A stretch of 58,868 bases of DNA, counting the filler, from Dugesia japonica (Eukaryota): the NCBI GenBank assembly GCA_001938525.1. It is 6 parts of 6 records of this genome, joined end to end, with 100 filler letters (N's around TTAATTAATTAA, not from the genome) between each part and the next. Parts side by side here need not be neighbours in the genome. Positions count along the whole stretch, not along the records: positions 10,807 to 20,092 come from MQRL01612728.1; positions 20,193 to 30,040 come from MQRL01569273.1; 4 more parts are not named here. One strand, given 5' to 3'. How positions within the stretch are numbered: position 1 is the first letter of the stretch; every line of letters begins with the position of its first letter. Made by a program: the position numbers and the translations under genes. The notes under the pieces are model-generated. The model had not been told where the DNA came from. It did not search any database and saw nothing but the letters and a program-made list of their open reading frames with translations. Positions 11,748 through 23,749 of this stretch are shown one piece after another.

Positions 11748-13052
11748 NNNNNNNNNNNNNNNNNNNNNNNNNNNNNNNNNNNNNNNNNNNNNNNNNNNNN
11801 NNNNNNNNNNNNNNNNNNNNNNNNNNNNNNNNNNNNNNNNNNNNNNNNNNNNNNNNNNNNNNNNNNNNNNNNNNNNNNNNNNNNNNNGAGACCTAATGCA
11901 TTAGAGTTACAGAAAACCGAAAGTAAAGACAGGCGCTACTCTTTACAGGAATCACTCTTTATACACTGCTGACTGAAAATGAATTAATATTTACAGATTA
12001 TTCTAAGATTTTGACTCCTCAATTTGTTATTTACGATGATTTCAAATCAGTTTTGCAAAAAGATTTTATTTGTCATCAAAAACATTTGTCATTATCAGGA
12101 AGACGTATGTTAGTAAATAGTTCTACTAATTAATACAGATACCATCAATTAATCGGATCAGACTATGTTTATAGTTTCTTACGATGATTGAAGAAATAAG
12201 TAAGAACATCGTATCCTTTAAATATGGCAAAAAAAGTATGGAAAAGATAAAAATAATATTAGACGAAAAAGATTATTTATCAGTTGTACAAGAAAGAAAT
12301 AGTTAAACCGGTTTGATACCATGATTGTTTCCCTGGAAAATATAATTTGAGTAGAAATATTCGATATGATTTACCTGTTGATTTTCATAATCTTAGAGTT
12401 TATGATAAAATCAAATTTTGAAATATGTTTTCAATCAATTTTCTCATTGGAATCTTTTTTGTATTTCAACAACAAGCGATAAATTCTTATGTTTGATAGT
12501 ACAACTGAGAATAATAACAATAAGATTCATCGATTCATATCAATTAACCAATTCTTTGTTGGATGCTGTGGGAAAAACAATTAAATCAACTCTGTTATCG
12601 ACAAAGTAATTTAATGATAATAGAATTATTTAGTCAGTGAGTTTATCCGTATAAAATTGCAACATGTTAACAATTTTTGAGAAAACATTAACAATGCTAC
12701 CAATATGGAAGAATCATATAAAAAAGTACTTGAAATGGGGGAAATAACCGGATATAAGAATTCATTAGATTATATGTTGGTTTACTTAAAGTTGGACTTT
12801 TATTTTGTTGGCTGACTTTTGTCAGCAATTTTGAGCCTGGTCTTAAACCCACAAATATTTGGAATCACCTACGTTCTTTGGAATGCCAGGAATGATAAGG
12901 ATTTCATCATTGATGACTTTTAGTGAATCAATAGAATTATTAGTGGACAACAATATGTACACTTTCTTTGAGGGTGGAAATAGATTGTGTCTCAATTTTG
13001 TGAATGAGCATCATGTGCTTTCAGACGAAAACACGGATTTATTATACATAGA

Positions 13053-13321
13053 TGTAAGAATCATTCATAGGTTAATATATCTGAGAGATTTTTTAATTTT
13101 TTTTATATATTATAGTAAAATTTAGTTTATGAAACAGATCTATAATAAAATATTTCATAAAATAAAAACCGATATTTTTAAAATATTTTTTTGGAAAATT
13201 TCTCAGATTATTTGTTTGAAAACTATGAATTATTCTTCATCTTTTTTTTACCTTAATCAAAAAACTTGTAATAATAAATAAAAATTTATGGAGAGTTGTG
13301 AGGTTTTGAATTTATCTAATG
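13053..13321 (+). mobile_element. About 270-bp insertion (solo-LTR-like) in pPolB motif A
   Basis: Flanked by ATAGA(T) at 13048 and 13322; removal restores YIDINNLYGWSL; starts TGTAAG but lacks a terminal CA. Confidence 0.65.
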
Positions 13322-13597
13322 ATAGATATCAATAATCTATATGGGTGGTCATTAAACTAGATTCTTTAAGGTTTGAATCGAATATTTGACGAGTGTAGAA
13401 TAACATTTTGGATTCGTTATTGTATAGATAAGTAGTGAAAGTATACATTGAAATACCTAATGAATTTATCAATTATTTAAATGACTTACATGAAACAGCT
13501 GAACATCAAAGTCCTCTAGGTTCAATAGTTAAGAAGTTGCTGCCAACCCACTATCTAAAAAAAACTATGTAGTAAAATGGTTGTCTAATACAATATA

Positions 13598-15309
13598 CAA
13601 TTAACCCTCATTAATGCGAACTTTAATAATCCGAAAACTTCATGATCCGCAATCAGAAAGCTCTATTTTGAATGAAATTTCTAATAATTTTTAAAAGTTT
13701 CGGATTAATCTTGTTTAAATATTTAGCTTGTTTACAATTTTAATTTATTTAAATTAATTATTCATATGGCTAGAAAATGAACAAAAATTACAATAAATCA
13801 AAAGGCAAAAATTTGTGCAATAAAAGAGTCAAAGAAAATTTCTCTGAGTGAATTGTCTCAAATTATCAGAAGAGAATTAAACCTGGACCCAGGAATTTCT
13901 ANGTTATCAGAAATCTTGAAAAATAAAGAGAAATGGGAAAATTGTGAAAGCTCAAACACTTACTCCAGACAATCTTCGAAAATTCATTCTTTGCTTGAGA
14001 ATTCATTGATCGATTAGATATCTCGAATCGATGCGATAAATGGTTACGTGACTGATGACAAAAACTAAATGTTGATGACCTTTAATTCAGCAAAGGATGG
14101 TTCTATAAATTCAAAAATCGATTTAATCTGAAATAAAAAGTTCTCCATGGAGAAGAAAATTCAATAAATGATGTTGATGTTTCAGCCCATAGAAAAAAAT
14201 ATTTGAAAAATTGGCAGGAATTGACCTAGAAGTTCTACTCAATATGGATGAAACTGGACTATTTTTCCAAATCATTTCCTACAAGAACGATATCATGAAG
14301 TTAAAGTAAAGGAAAGGCATAAAAAAATATTAAGTTAGAATAACCATAGCTTTATGTTCAAATGCTAGTGGATCAATTAAAATTATACCCGTTTGTTATT
14401 GGACATAGCAAGAAACCAAGATGTTTTAAAGGATTTAATGTTGCAAGATACTGTAATTACCACGCAAATTCAAAAGCATGGATGACCACCGATTTATTTG
14501 ATTGTTTTATGCAGCATCTTGATAATGAACGGAGAAAATACAAAAAGAAATTTTATATACTTTTTGATAACGTTTCAAGTCATAGCTTGAAGAAATGTTT
14601 TCAGAACATTGAAGTTATAATTTTTCCAAAGAAGTCAACTGCTCATCTTCAACCCATGAATGCAGGCGTAATAAAATATTTCAAGCAATATTACAGAAAA
14701 AAGTTAGTAGTTGATAACATGAACTCGCTTGATCAAACAAAAACCTTTGTTTTTAATCTTAATAAAGCACTATTGATACTCCATGAAGCTTGGGAAGATG
14801 TGAAAGAAGAAACCATCAAAAATTGTTTCAAAAAAGTTGCGATTATTCCAGGTCTTCAAGTTTTCTTCTTAAGACACACAAAAATGAGATTGATCAAATA
14901 ATGGTTGAANAGGATATGATTCAAACAGTGTGTCAAGAAGAATACACTGTTGAAGATGTTGTACTTAGTGCTGAAGATTGTCAGATCAATGACAGTTACA
15001 ACATAAGTCCAAGCAATTTATTCCATGCAATTGAAATTGTCATCAAAGCTAGTTTTTCTTAAAACAGGTCTACTAAAAAATAACCCATTATACAGTTAAA
15101 AATTTAAAATAAGTCAAAGTTGATTTACAGAAATTCATTCAAAAGAAAACTCACATAGATGATTTTTTAAATAAATTGTTGTCTTTTTCTTAATAATTTC
15201 ATCATTATTCTGGCGATCATATAGATTTTAAATTCCTTTATTATCCGAATTAATTCACAATCCGAAAGGAAATCGATTTCTAATTTTTCAGATTAATGAG
15301 GGTTGACTG
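13598..15309 (+). mobile_element. Tigger/pogo (Tc1-mariner superfamily) DNA transposon, full length but decayed
   Basis: TIRs CAATTAACCCTCATTAAT / ATTAATGAGGGTTGACTG, TA target duplications, CENP-B-like N-terminus, NMDETGLF, NSKAWMT, FDNVSSH, LQPMNAGVI. Confidence 0.95.
14362..14901 (+). pseudogene. DDE_1 transposase fragment of the Tigger element
   Basis: PFVIGHSKKPRCF, KAWMT, TAHLQPM, AWEDV...IKNCFKK. Confidence 0.9.
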
Positions 15310-15741
15310 TACATACAATTAGGTATAATTATTTCAAAAATTTAGAGCTGCAAAATTTACTGAAGATAATATTTTAAAAATATATCGATAGTAATACTCA
15401 GTTGATATTGCAAACTAAATCAGATTTAGATTAAAATTATTGTAAGATATTGAATAATGGTCTTTATATTTGTATTTGTTAATATTTTGTAAAATTCTGC
15501 ATTTAATATTTTTAAAATTTTTTCTCTTTTTCTTGGTTTTTTAAGTTTTGATTTAATTGAATGAAATCAAATTATAAATTAAAATTACTTTTTAAAAAGA
15601 TGTTTTATATGATTATAATAGTTACATTTCTTAAAACATTTTTTGACGGATATTTTACAAACCTAAAACATTCTCTAATAGATTTCTTGTTTCCAATTTA
15701 TATTGGAAAAGATTTTGCAAAAAAAGAAAAAGATTTAAAAT

Positions 15742-16260
15742 TGTGAGTGTGTTTTATAAAGCGAGTTGAAATTTTTTGTGCTTTGATTGGAAATCATTTT
15801 TTTCAAATCTTTTATTTAAAAATTAAAAGTCGCAAATTAATCAAGAAATTAAACTAAATTAAATTAAAGTTTTGGTACAAAAATTATATATACTTAAACA
15901 TTAATTCAAATATTTTTATACATAATTTTTTGTAGATTTTTAGAAACTGCAATTTTTTTTAAAATTTTGAAACTTAAAAATGATATTTTAATATTGAATG
16001 ATTCTTTGTTTTAAAATTTTGTGAAAATTAAAATGAGATTTTGATAACAAATAATTATTTTCTTTAAATTTTCGAATTATTTTAAATATAGATTTAATCT
16101 AAAATTTTAAATTTATTAGAAAATAATTTCCAATTGAAGCACGAGGTTTTAATTTGTAGGAATAAACAAATAATGTTATAGTTTTGTTGTGTGAATAAAT
16201 TTTCTTTGGAATCGAGTTTTGAAATTAATGATCTCATAAGTACTTCAAACTCATCTAACA
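15742..16260 (+). mobile_element. Solo LTR (519 bp)
   Basis: TGTGAG...TCTAACA termini, 5-bp duplication AAAAT on both sides, homologous to 45815-46580. Confidence 0.8.
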
Positions 16261-17201
16261 AAAATTATAATGATTATCTCTTTCCTTGTTAGTATATTCA
16301 GAACAAAACTTAAAACACAATATAAAAATGAAAGTAAATTTACGTTAGGTTTTTNNNNNNNNNNNNNNATAATATAATCTATACTGATATATAATTTTAA
16401 AATGTGTGTTGGTTATTCCAGCCTAAAGATTTTTATTTAATAAAAACTAGTCTTAACATTCATTTTGTCAGTAGTATATATTTTTTGAAATTAACTTTTA
16501 TATTAATTAGAATTTTGTTGAAAAACTAATAATTGTGATATCTATACTAATATATGCCATACTATAATATTAAGTCAAAAGCAAAAAAAATTCTTGATAA
16601 AAAAAATGTTATTTTCTATAATAAAAAAATTAAAATTGTCAAAAGTTTTGAAATTTTATTTAAAAATTAGAAATCTATAAAATTAAAAAAACGTAAATAA
16701 TCTTATAAAATTTAAAGTTTTAAATCTAAAAATTCTTTTATTAAATTAGTCAAAAGAGCTGTCTGTACATTAATGCTTGGATTATGAAATCTAATCATTA
16801 CCATGTCAAACAATACTTTCTTAATAACTTTTAAAATATTTGGACAAATTTTTAAAATTTGAAATGTCAACATTCGCATTAAATTTATTTTTATATTTAT
16901 GCTCGTCAATATTACTATCACTACCAAAACTATTGTGCTCTTGAATGTTTGAAGAGAAATGACGGACAGTCTCTTCAATGTATGTAGCATCACANTAGAT
17001 GTAAAATGGCGTTTTCCCGACAAGAGTGTACCCTTCATTAACCTTACAATCTGTCATGGGATAAAATAATGTATTGTAAATATAAAGAAACACTTGTCGG
17101 GAAAACGCCATTTTATATCTACTTAGGTTATCAGTCGAATTTTAGAATATAAACAGAAATAACACCTAAAACCACAAATAAACATTTTATTATTATAAAA
17201 A

Positions 17202-17846
17202 ATGGAAATTTTTACTTTAAGCACTTTGTATAATACTGTAAATAATATTTTTAAACTTGAAGATTTTAGTATCAAAGAAATTGAAAATTTTGCTAAATCT
17301 GAAATTACAAAGAAAACAGCAAACAAATATATGGGTCTTTTAAAAGAAATGTTTTCTCAAGTTGAAAATAATGATAGTGAAAAGTTTACAGCTTTATTAA
17401 GTTTAAAACTAATAAAAATTTGTGAATCAGAATGTAAAGGAGAAATAATTAATGATTTATATAAACACTATTTTTTTATCTTTAGAAAAATGGATGAGAT
17501 TATTGATGATATAAAACAAACTCCTAAATTTATGGATAAATTAAAAGAAAATTATATTAAAGTTTTAAATTCTTCAGTAAAAGAACAAAATGTAATATTA
17601 AAAGATGTTTATTCAAAATTTAAATTATGTGAAGAAGCTATGAATATGGCAGGAAATATAATTTATTATTTAGCAATAGAAAACGAAACTTTAAAAGAAG
17701 AATTAGAGAGAACAAATGAATATGATGAAGTAAAAATTAAAGAATTAACTGCTTTAAATAAAACTGAAAATAATAAACAAAGAAATAAAATAATATTAAG
17801 GGCTATTAGAAGATCAAATAGTATTACAAAACAATTACTTCAATAA
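17202..17846 (+). CDS. Hypothetical 214-aa helical/coiled-coil protein, probably viral accessory gene
   Basis: Intact intronless ORF, TATAAAAATG start, tightly packed with the following small ORFs. Confidence 0.55.
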   Translation: MEIFTLSTLYNTVNNIFKLEDFSIKEIENFAKSEITKKTANKYMGLLKEMFSQVENNDSEKFTALLSLKLIKICESECKGEIINDLYKHYFFIFRKMDEIIDDIKQTPKFMDKLKENYIKVLNSSVKEQNVILKDVYSKFKLCEEAMNMAGNIIYYLAIENETLKEELERTNEYDEVKIKELTALNKTENNKQRNKIILRAIRRSNSITKQLLQ

Positions 17847-17860
17847 ATTACTTTATAGAA

Positions 17861-18061
17861 ATGAATATAGAAATAGATACAAAAGTTATAATCGATTTTA
17901 CAATAAATGTTGATAATTTAAATATAAAATGTAAAAATCATAAAAATATAATAATATTTTTATTAATTATTATTTGTATATTTATTTGCTTACTTCCATA
18001 TTTATTTAGTCCTTTTAAAAACCTTATTTTATCACTTAAGAAAAATGACTACAGAAAGTAG
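17861..18061 (+). CDS. Small predicted single-pass membrane protein
   Basis: IIIFLLIIICIFICLLPYLF hydrophobic run; 14 nt after the previous stop. Confidence 0.35.
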   Translation: MNIEIDTKVIIDFTINVDNLNIKCKNHKNIIIFLLIIICIFICLLPYLFSPFKNLILSLKKNDYRK

Positions 18062-18380
18062 AAAAGATTTGTGTTAGTGCTGTTGATTTTGTTAATTGTT
18101 CTAAATCATTTGATTTAAAACATTTTGTTAAATCAGAGAAAATTTGTTAAGCAACTAGATACCAAGAATTACATTTAGAAAATCCAAGTTTAAAAGATTC
18201 AACTCTAGCTAAAGAAATGGGGATTTAGGAAATGGAAATGAAAAGTCTCAACAATATATTAAAGATAATTATGGTGATTATGTTTTTAGTAATAAAACTG
18301 GTAACTTTGAAATTCAGGAAATTCCTAAAAAAGAAAGTTTAACTGATAAAAGAAATAATAAAGTATTATTAGGTGAATAG
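18045..18380 (+). pseudogene. Possible helix-turn-helix DNA-binding protein relic
   Basis: Frameshifted reading RYQELHLENPSLKDSTLAKEMGI. Confidence 0.35.
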
Positions 18381-19532
18381 TGGCGCACGGAAGACTTTGA
18401 TTTAAAGGACAAACCTCCCAGGGGGGGCTCGGAAACACATTACGCTTGAGCTGCGTTTTTTAACCATGATTTTTTGGTTGGTTTGTTTTTTCTAAGATTT
18501 TTGGGATCAATTATTTTTTGATCGGATCAATTTATTTTTGATTGGATCAATTTATTTTTGATTGGATCAGTTGTTTTGATCCTGGTGGTGTGTGTGTATT
18601 TATAAATTTTTTAAAATTTGTGTGTGTTTNGGTTGTTAAGGTGGTTTTTAAAAAGTAGATCAAGTTGAGTTTGTGTGTGTGGGTGTGTGTGTGTGAAAGA
18701 GTGGAAAAAATGAGGAGGAGGAGCTCGAGTTCTTGGAAATAATGTTTTTGGAGTTTTTAAGATTTGGTTGATGTTGGATAAAAATTTGGTCTATATATTG
18801 TCTAAAGGACTCATGAGATTGGATGGATGGTTTGTTCTACAACTATGGTGGCGCACGGGGACAGTCGTATGAGTTATCGTGGTTTGTTTATTGGCGCGGT
18901 TGTAGGCTTGTATGGGTTTGTTGGAATTTGTTGGTTGATGAGTTGTTGGAGAGGTAATGTGATGGAGAAGATTTTGTATGTCGAATGTGCTTTGATTTTT
19001 TATTTTTAGACCTTTAATTTGATTGGTTGATATTTGTAATTAGTATAAAAGTTTTAAAAAAATTTTTGGGCTGGAGGAGAGTGGAATGTGTGTAAAGACA
19101 ATTAATTATTGAAATTTTGGATATTTATTTAAAATTTTTCTGACGGGTTGTTGTGACGTAATAATATTTTGAAATCTTAATTTTTGTTAAAAATATTGTA
19201 TTTTGCTTAAATTGATGAATTAGATAAAAGTAATGTTATTTTTGTAAAAATGATGTATTTTTGAGTATTTTTTTGACTGGAAAGGTTAGATTTTCATATT
19301 TTTCGAACGGGGAAGAGAGGAGTCTTGTTATTTTTTTTGTTGGGAAATGCAAAAAATTTTTCGCAGGAAATTCAAAAATACTATTTTTTGTAGCCAATTC
19401 AAAAAAAAATGTTTTGGGTAGGAAATTCAAAATAATACTTAATGAAATACTTAATTTAATTAAATTAATTCATTTGCAAGGGACGAGAGGAGTCTCTATA
19501 TTTTACATGAAATTGACAGTCTAAAATTTATA

Positions 19533-19692
19533 AGTGTGTGTTGCAATTGAGTTGCATGTCTATTGCATTTATTAATAAAATATTCCCAGGCATGTGTGTT
19601 GCATCCGAGTTGCATACCTATTGCATTTATTAATAATATATTCAGTGTATGTGTGTTGCATCTGAGTTGTATACCTATTGCATTCATTAATC
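19533..19692. repeat. Three tandem copies of a unit of about 55 bp
   Basis: GTGTGTTGCAnnnGAGTTGyATrynTATTGCATTyATTAAT occurs three times. Confidence 0.9.
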
Positions 19693-19781
19693 AAAATTAT
19701 AGTCACATGAATTTTAATGTTTTTTTTTACTTTTAATTATAAAAATTATACTAAATTAGGAGTAAATTAAAGAAAAACACG

Positions 19782-20092
19782 ATGGAGAGATTAAGAAATG
19801 ATGCAGTCTATCAAATTGTAGGACCTAGCGGTAGCGGAAAAACTTTGTTTGTATGTAACTTATTGAAATCAAAGTTATTCAAGTCTAAATTAAAAACATT
19901 TACTGGCATAGAAGTGCAGATGAGGCCCATAGTCTAACTAAATCTGAATTTTGTAATATTAAAATGAAAATAATAAATTGTTTTGATTCTAATTGGAGCT
20001 AAAGATTAAGACCAGGTAATGTTATTGTTGTTGATGATCTGTATCAGGAGGCAAACAAAGAAAAATATTTCAATAATTTATTCACAAAGATA
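19782..20092 (+). pseudogene. Polinton packaging ATPase (FtsK/A32-like), N-terminal part
   Basis: Walker A IVGPSGSGKT; Walker B VIVVDDLYQE; FNNLFTK; cut by scaffold end. Confidence 0.85.
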
Positions 20093-20192
20093 NNNNNNNN
20101 NNNNNNNNNNNNNNNNNNNNNNNNNNNNNNNNNNNNTTAATTAATTAANNNNNNNNNNNNNNNNNNNNNNNNNNNNNNNNNNNNNNNNNNNN
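20093..20192. other. Artificial scaffold linker
   Basis: N44-TTAATTAATTAA-N44. Confidence 0.97.
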
Positions 20193-20355
20193 ATTAAAAC
20201 CTTTTAAAGAAATTGAAAAACATGTGAATGTATATAATAAAAGTCAAGTTAAACCTTTTGGAACAAGTATTTGTGGAATATTGTATTTATATTTTTATAC
20301 TCACTTTCAATCAAGAGTTTTAAAGAAATTATTAATGAATTATATATTACTTAAA
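20193..20355 (+). pseudogene. Adenain-like protease, C-terminal fragment
   Basis: YNKSQVKPFGTSICGIL matches 7310-7370. Confidence 0.7.
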
Positions 20356-20362
20356 ATAAATA

Positions 20363-21960
20363 AATGAATTTTTGTGGAGAAACTTTAAATAGTCAAAATA
20401 ATAAAGAAATATTAAAACATGTTTTTGCTAAATTAAAATTAGAATCTGTAGAGAATGAAGGAAGATTTGTTAATGAAAGTGGAGATTCAATTATCTGCTT
20501 TAAAATTATTAATGAACATTGTTAGTTGGGTTTGNNNNNNNNNNNNNNNNNNNNNNNNNNNNNNNNNNNNNNNNNNNNNNNNNNNNNNNNNNNNNNNNNN
20601 NNNNNNNNNNNNNNNNNNNNNNNNNNNNNNNNNNNNNNNNNNNNNNNNNNNNNNNNNNNNNNNNNNNNNNNNNNNNNNNNNNNNNNNNNNNNNNNNNNNN
20701 NNNNNNNNNNNNNNNNNNNNNNNNNNNNNNNNNNNNNNNNNNNNNNNNNNNNNNNNNNNNNNNNNNNNNNNNNNNNNNNNNNNNNNNNNNNNNNNNNNNN
20801 NNNNNNNNNNNNNNTTTTAAAAAAATTAAGTTCACCAATCACATAAAAATTTCAACTTGCTTTTCAAAACTGCTTACAAACATAAAAATGAATTAGATGC
20901 TATTAATTTAAAATATTTTAGTAAATTAGAAAACAAGTAAATGAGCTAATGCAAATGAAGAGCTATCAAAATATTTATATTTAACAACTTTTAGAAAATA
21001 ATAAATCATGGATTAAAGATAAAGCTGACTTGTTAATTAAAATAAATGGTTTAACACAAACAAAGAGCAACAAAAATATTAATGACAAATTAATAGAATT
21101 GAAAAAAGAAATTAATAGTTTATCTAGTAATTGTTCTCCTGAAAAATTTAATAAAATTAATTCAGAATTAGAAAAATTAAATTATAATTCAATTTTAATA
21201 AACAAATGATGAATGATCTTTTAATTCCTTTAGAAAAAGAATTTTTTAAAATAAAACAAGATCTTCATATTAATCGTGTTAAAAAAATTAATGATTCTAT
21301 TAATAAATTAAAAAAACAATCATCATCTGAAAAACTCTATGAACAAGATTTATTAAAAAAGATTAAAGAAATAATTGATAATTATTTTCCATTTCTTATT
21401 TTAAAAAATCATGGATAGTTTAATGATCTATTAATATTTTTAAAAACTACTGTTATTATAAAGAACTCACCCAACGGGTCCNNNNNNNNNNNNNNNNNNN
21501 NNNNNNNNNNNNNNNNNNNNNNNNNNNNNNNNNNNNNNNNNNTTGATCTCATTAATAAATTCCCCCAAATTCAATACTTAAGAAAATATTATTACCTTGA
21601 ACAACCATTAAAACTTTATTTTCATTTAAATAGAACAAGAAATAAAGCATATTTTATAATTCATGGATTTTGTGATATTTCATATTTTGAAATATATGTA
21701 ATAATTGATAATATTCCAAAAGGATTTAAATACAAATTTATTAAAATCTAAGAATTTAAACTTTTTCTAGAATATCAAGAAATTCTACAAATTGATAGAG
21801 CCATTCAAGATAGTGNTACTTTAATTTTATCTAAAAATATTTATATTTATAAAATTATTATTTTAAGTGATTATTCAATTGCTAAAAAATCGTATTCTGA
21901 TTTAGTATTATTTAATTATCCCAACAGGTCCCATAAAAATCTATATCCTAAACTTTGTCT
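20363..21960 (+). pseudogene. Fibre-like / coiled-coil protein relic
   Basis: ENEGRFVNESGDS, DAINLKY, YYLEQPL..YFHLN match the 7474-8530 gene; same position after the protease. Confidence 0.6.
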
Positions 21961-22025
21961 AGGTCNNNNNNNNNNNNNNNNNNNNNNNNNNNNNNNNNNN
22001 NNNNNNNNNNNNNNNNNNNNNNNNN

Positions 22026-22404
22026 TCAAGTCGAAATTATCAAATTTAAGAATAGTAGATTTTGAATCTGATTTATATTTTATTGATGATAAAATTAAAC
22101 ATTTTAGAAAGATTTATAAAAGATGGTCAAGGTTAGATACTTCAAAAAGATTTACAGAAATATTTATAGGAACAGTTGTTTGAATAACTAGAACAGTTTT
22201 AAATTCTTTAGGTACTTTTGGTGTTGGTGGATTAATACCAATTNTTTTAACTACAACAGTTTCTTGTATTCCTATAATTGGAACTTTGAATTCATCCTTA
22301 ATAAAATCTAAAAAGAAGAAATATAAAGATTTAATTCATGGGTTAAAAACTGTAAAAAATAAATTATTTTTATTGCACCAAAAAGCTTTATCTGACGATA
22401 TTTA
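22026..22404 (+). pseudogene. GasderminX-like membrane protein relic, truncated by an inversion junction
   Basis: RIVDFESDLYFIDDKIKHFRKIYKRW, IPIIGTLNSSLIKSKK, HQKALSDDI. Confidence 0.7.
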
Positions 22405-23725
22405 GTAATGAATTTTATATTTGTTTGGAGTCCATCTATCTAACTGATTATAAATAATGTATTCTAAAATAGTAAAACCTATATATGAAAATTTATTATA
22501 TTTTAAATTATTTTTTTAAAGATGTATTGCTGAAGATTCTGCTTCTCCAGTTTCTTTACAACTAAATATATTACTTGATTTAAAATATTTTTTTGAAACA
22601 AATTTCTGATAATCTTTATCATTATCTACAATTTNAACATTACATCTATTTCTTATATTTTCTAAAGTTTTTCCATAAAATGCATTGTTAATTAATTTAA
22701 AACGTAATCATTAAAAACATTGTTATTTCTTTTTGCTTCATTTCTTTGATTAATATTAAATTGTATATAATCTTTTAATCATGGTGTTGTGGGCATTTCA
22801 TATTTAGAATGTATTTTTTTAATTTTCATTCCTAAAGATAAATACCAATCTAATGTTGAACCTAAAACAATATAATTTTGTTTATTAAATTGATTTAAAG
22901 TTAATTTAACATTTTTCTAACTCAACCTTTTCTAAAATGATAATTGATAAGGAGCTAACATTTCTTGAGTTATATTAATTGGATCTGGTGCTAGAGGAAA
23001 GTATTTTGTCTTTTCATGAGTTTGTGGTGGATATTCTAAATCCACTTCATAATTATAATTTATTTATCTGTTGATTGTGTAAAAATTAAGTCTTTACATT
23101 CATAGATTTCACCTGTTAGTATTGGCTTTCTTACAAAAGATGCATATAAACTATTTTCATCTAAATATTTTAAAAATGTTTTTTATTTCCAATTTATTGG
23201 TATGGATTTATTTTTAATAAATGAAAATAATATATCTCCAACTTGTGCTTTGTTTAATTGTCTAGTTCTTCCAAAACGAGGATTTGATTTTTGGTTATTT
23301 GAAAATATTTGTCTTTCTCAACACACACCAGAATATCCACCTCTAACTCCTCTTTCTATTTTAATAAAACTATCACAAGTTTCTTTTTGAGCATATTTTA
23401 ATTTTATTTTAGTGCATTTCATTCCAGAATTCCAAGTTAAACCTGGAGCTGAATAACAATAATTTGGATCTATTTGATAATTATTTAAACATGTTTCTCT
23501 AAAATTCTCAAAGAAATCAGCTAATATTAAAATATCCACTTTCATGTTTTATATTATATAATCAAATTAATTTCCAAAAAATAGAAAATATTGTAAAAAG
23601 CCATTATAATCATTTTCTGATATTACCTTTTGCTTTATTATATTATTAAATCTTCTTTTGTTGGAATATTATCTGATTTTAATAATTCAATTACTTTATT
23701 AATATTTTCTCCTTTTACATATTTA
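22405..23725 (-). pseudogene. polB: pPolB central fragment (same subfamily as scaffolds 1 and 6), ending at KIHY
   Basis: KVDILILADFFENFR, CYSAPGLTW, GVRGGYSGV, YLDENSLYAS, NAFYGKTLENIRNR, YIGFTILE, KYKIHY then break. Confidence 0.9.
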
Positions 23726-23749
23726 GAATTAACAACTCATAAAACTTCT

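Larger units (their letters stand above)
11990..15470 (+). pseudogene. polB: Heavily decayed pPolB of another Polinton subfamily, split by two insertions
   Basis: FHNLRVYD, RFIDSYQL, YLKLD..LADF, MYTFFEGG, YID/INNLYGWSL, KILNNGLY. Confidence 0.8.

Noticed and set aside
13054-13325. Spliceosomal intron in pPolB (GTAAG...TAG)
   Set aside because: Splicing at these sites shifts the frame; a target-site duplication explains the borders better
20455-20896. ORFs consisting mostly of X, and short antisense ORFs throughout the track
   Set aside because: Artefacts of N gaps or shadows of real genes on the opposite strand
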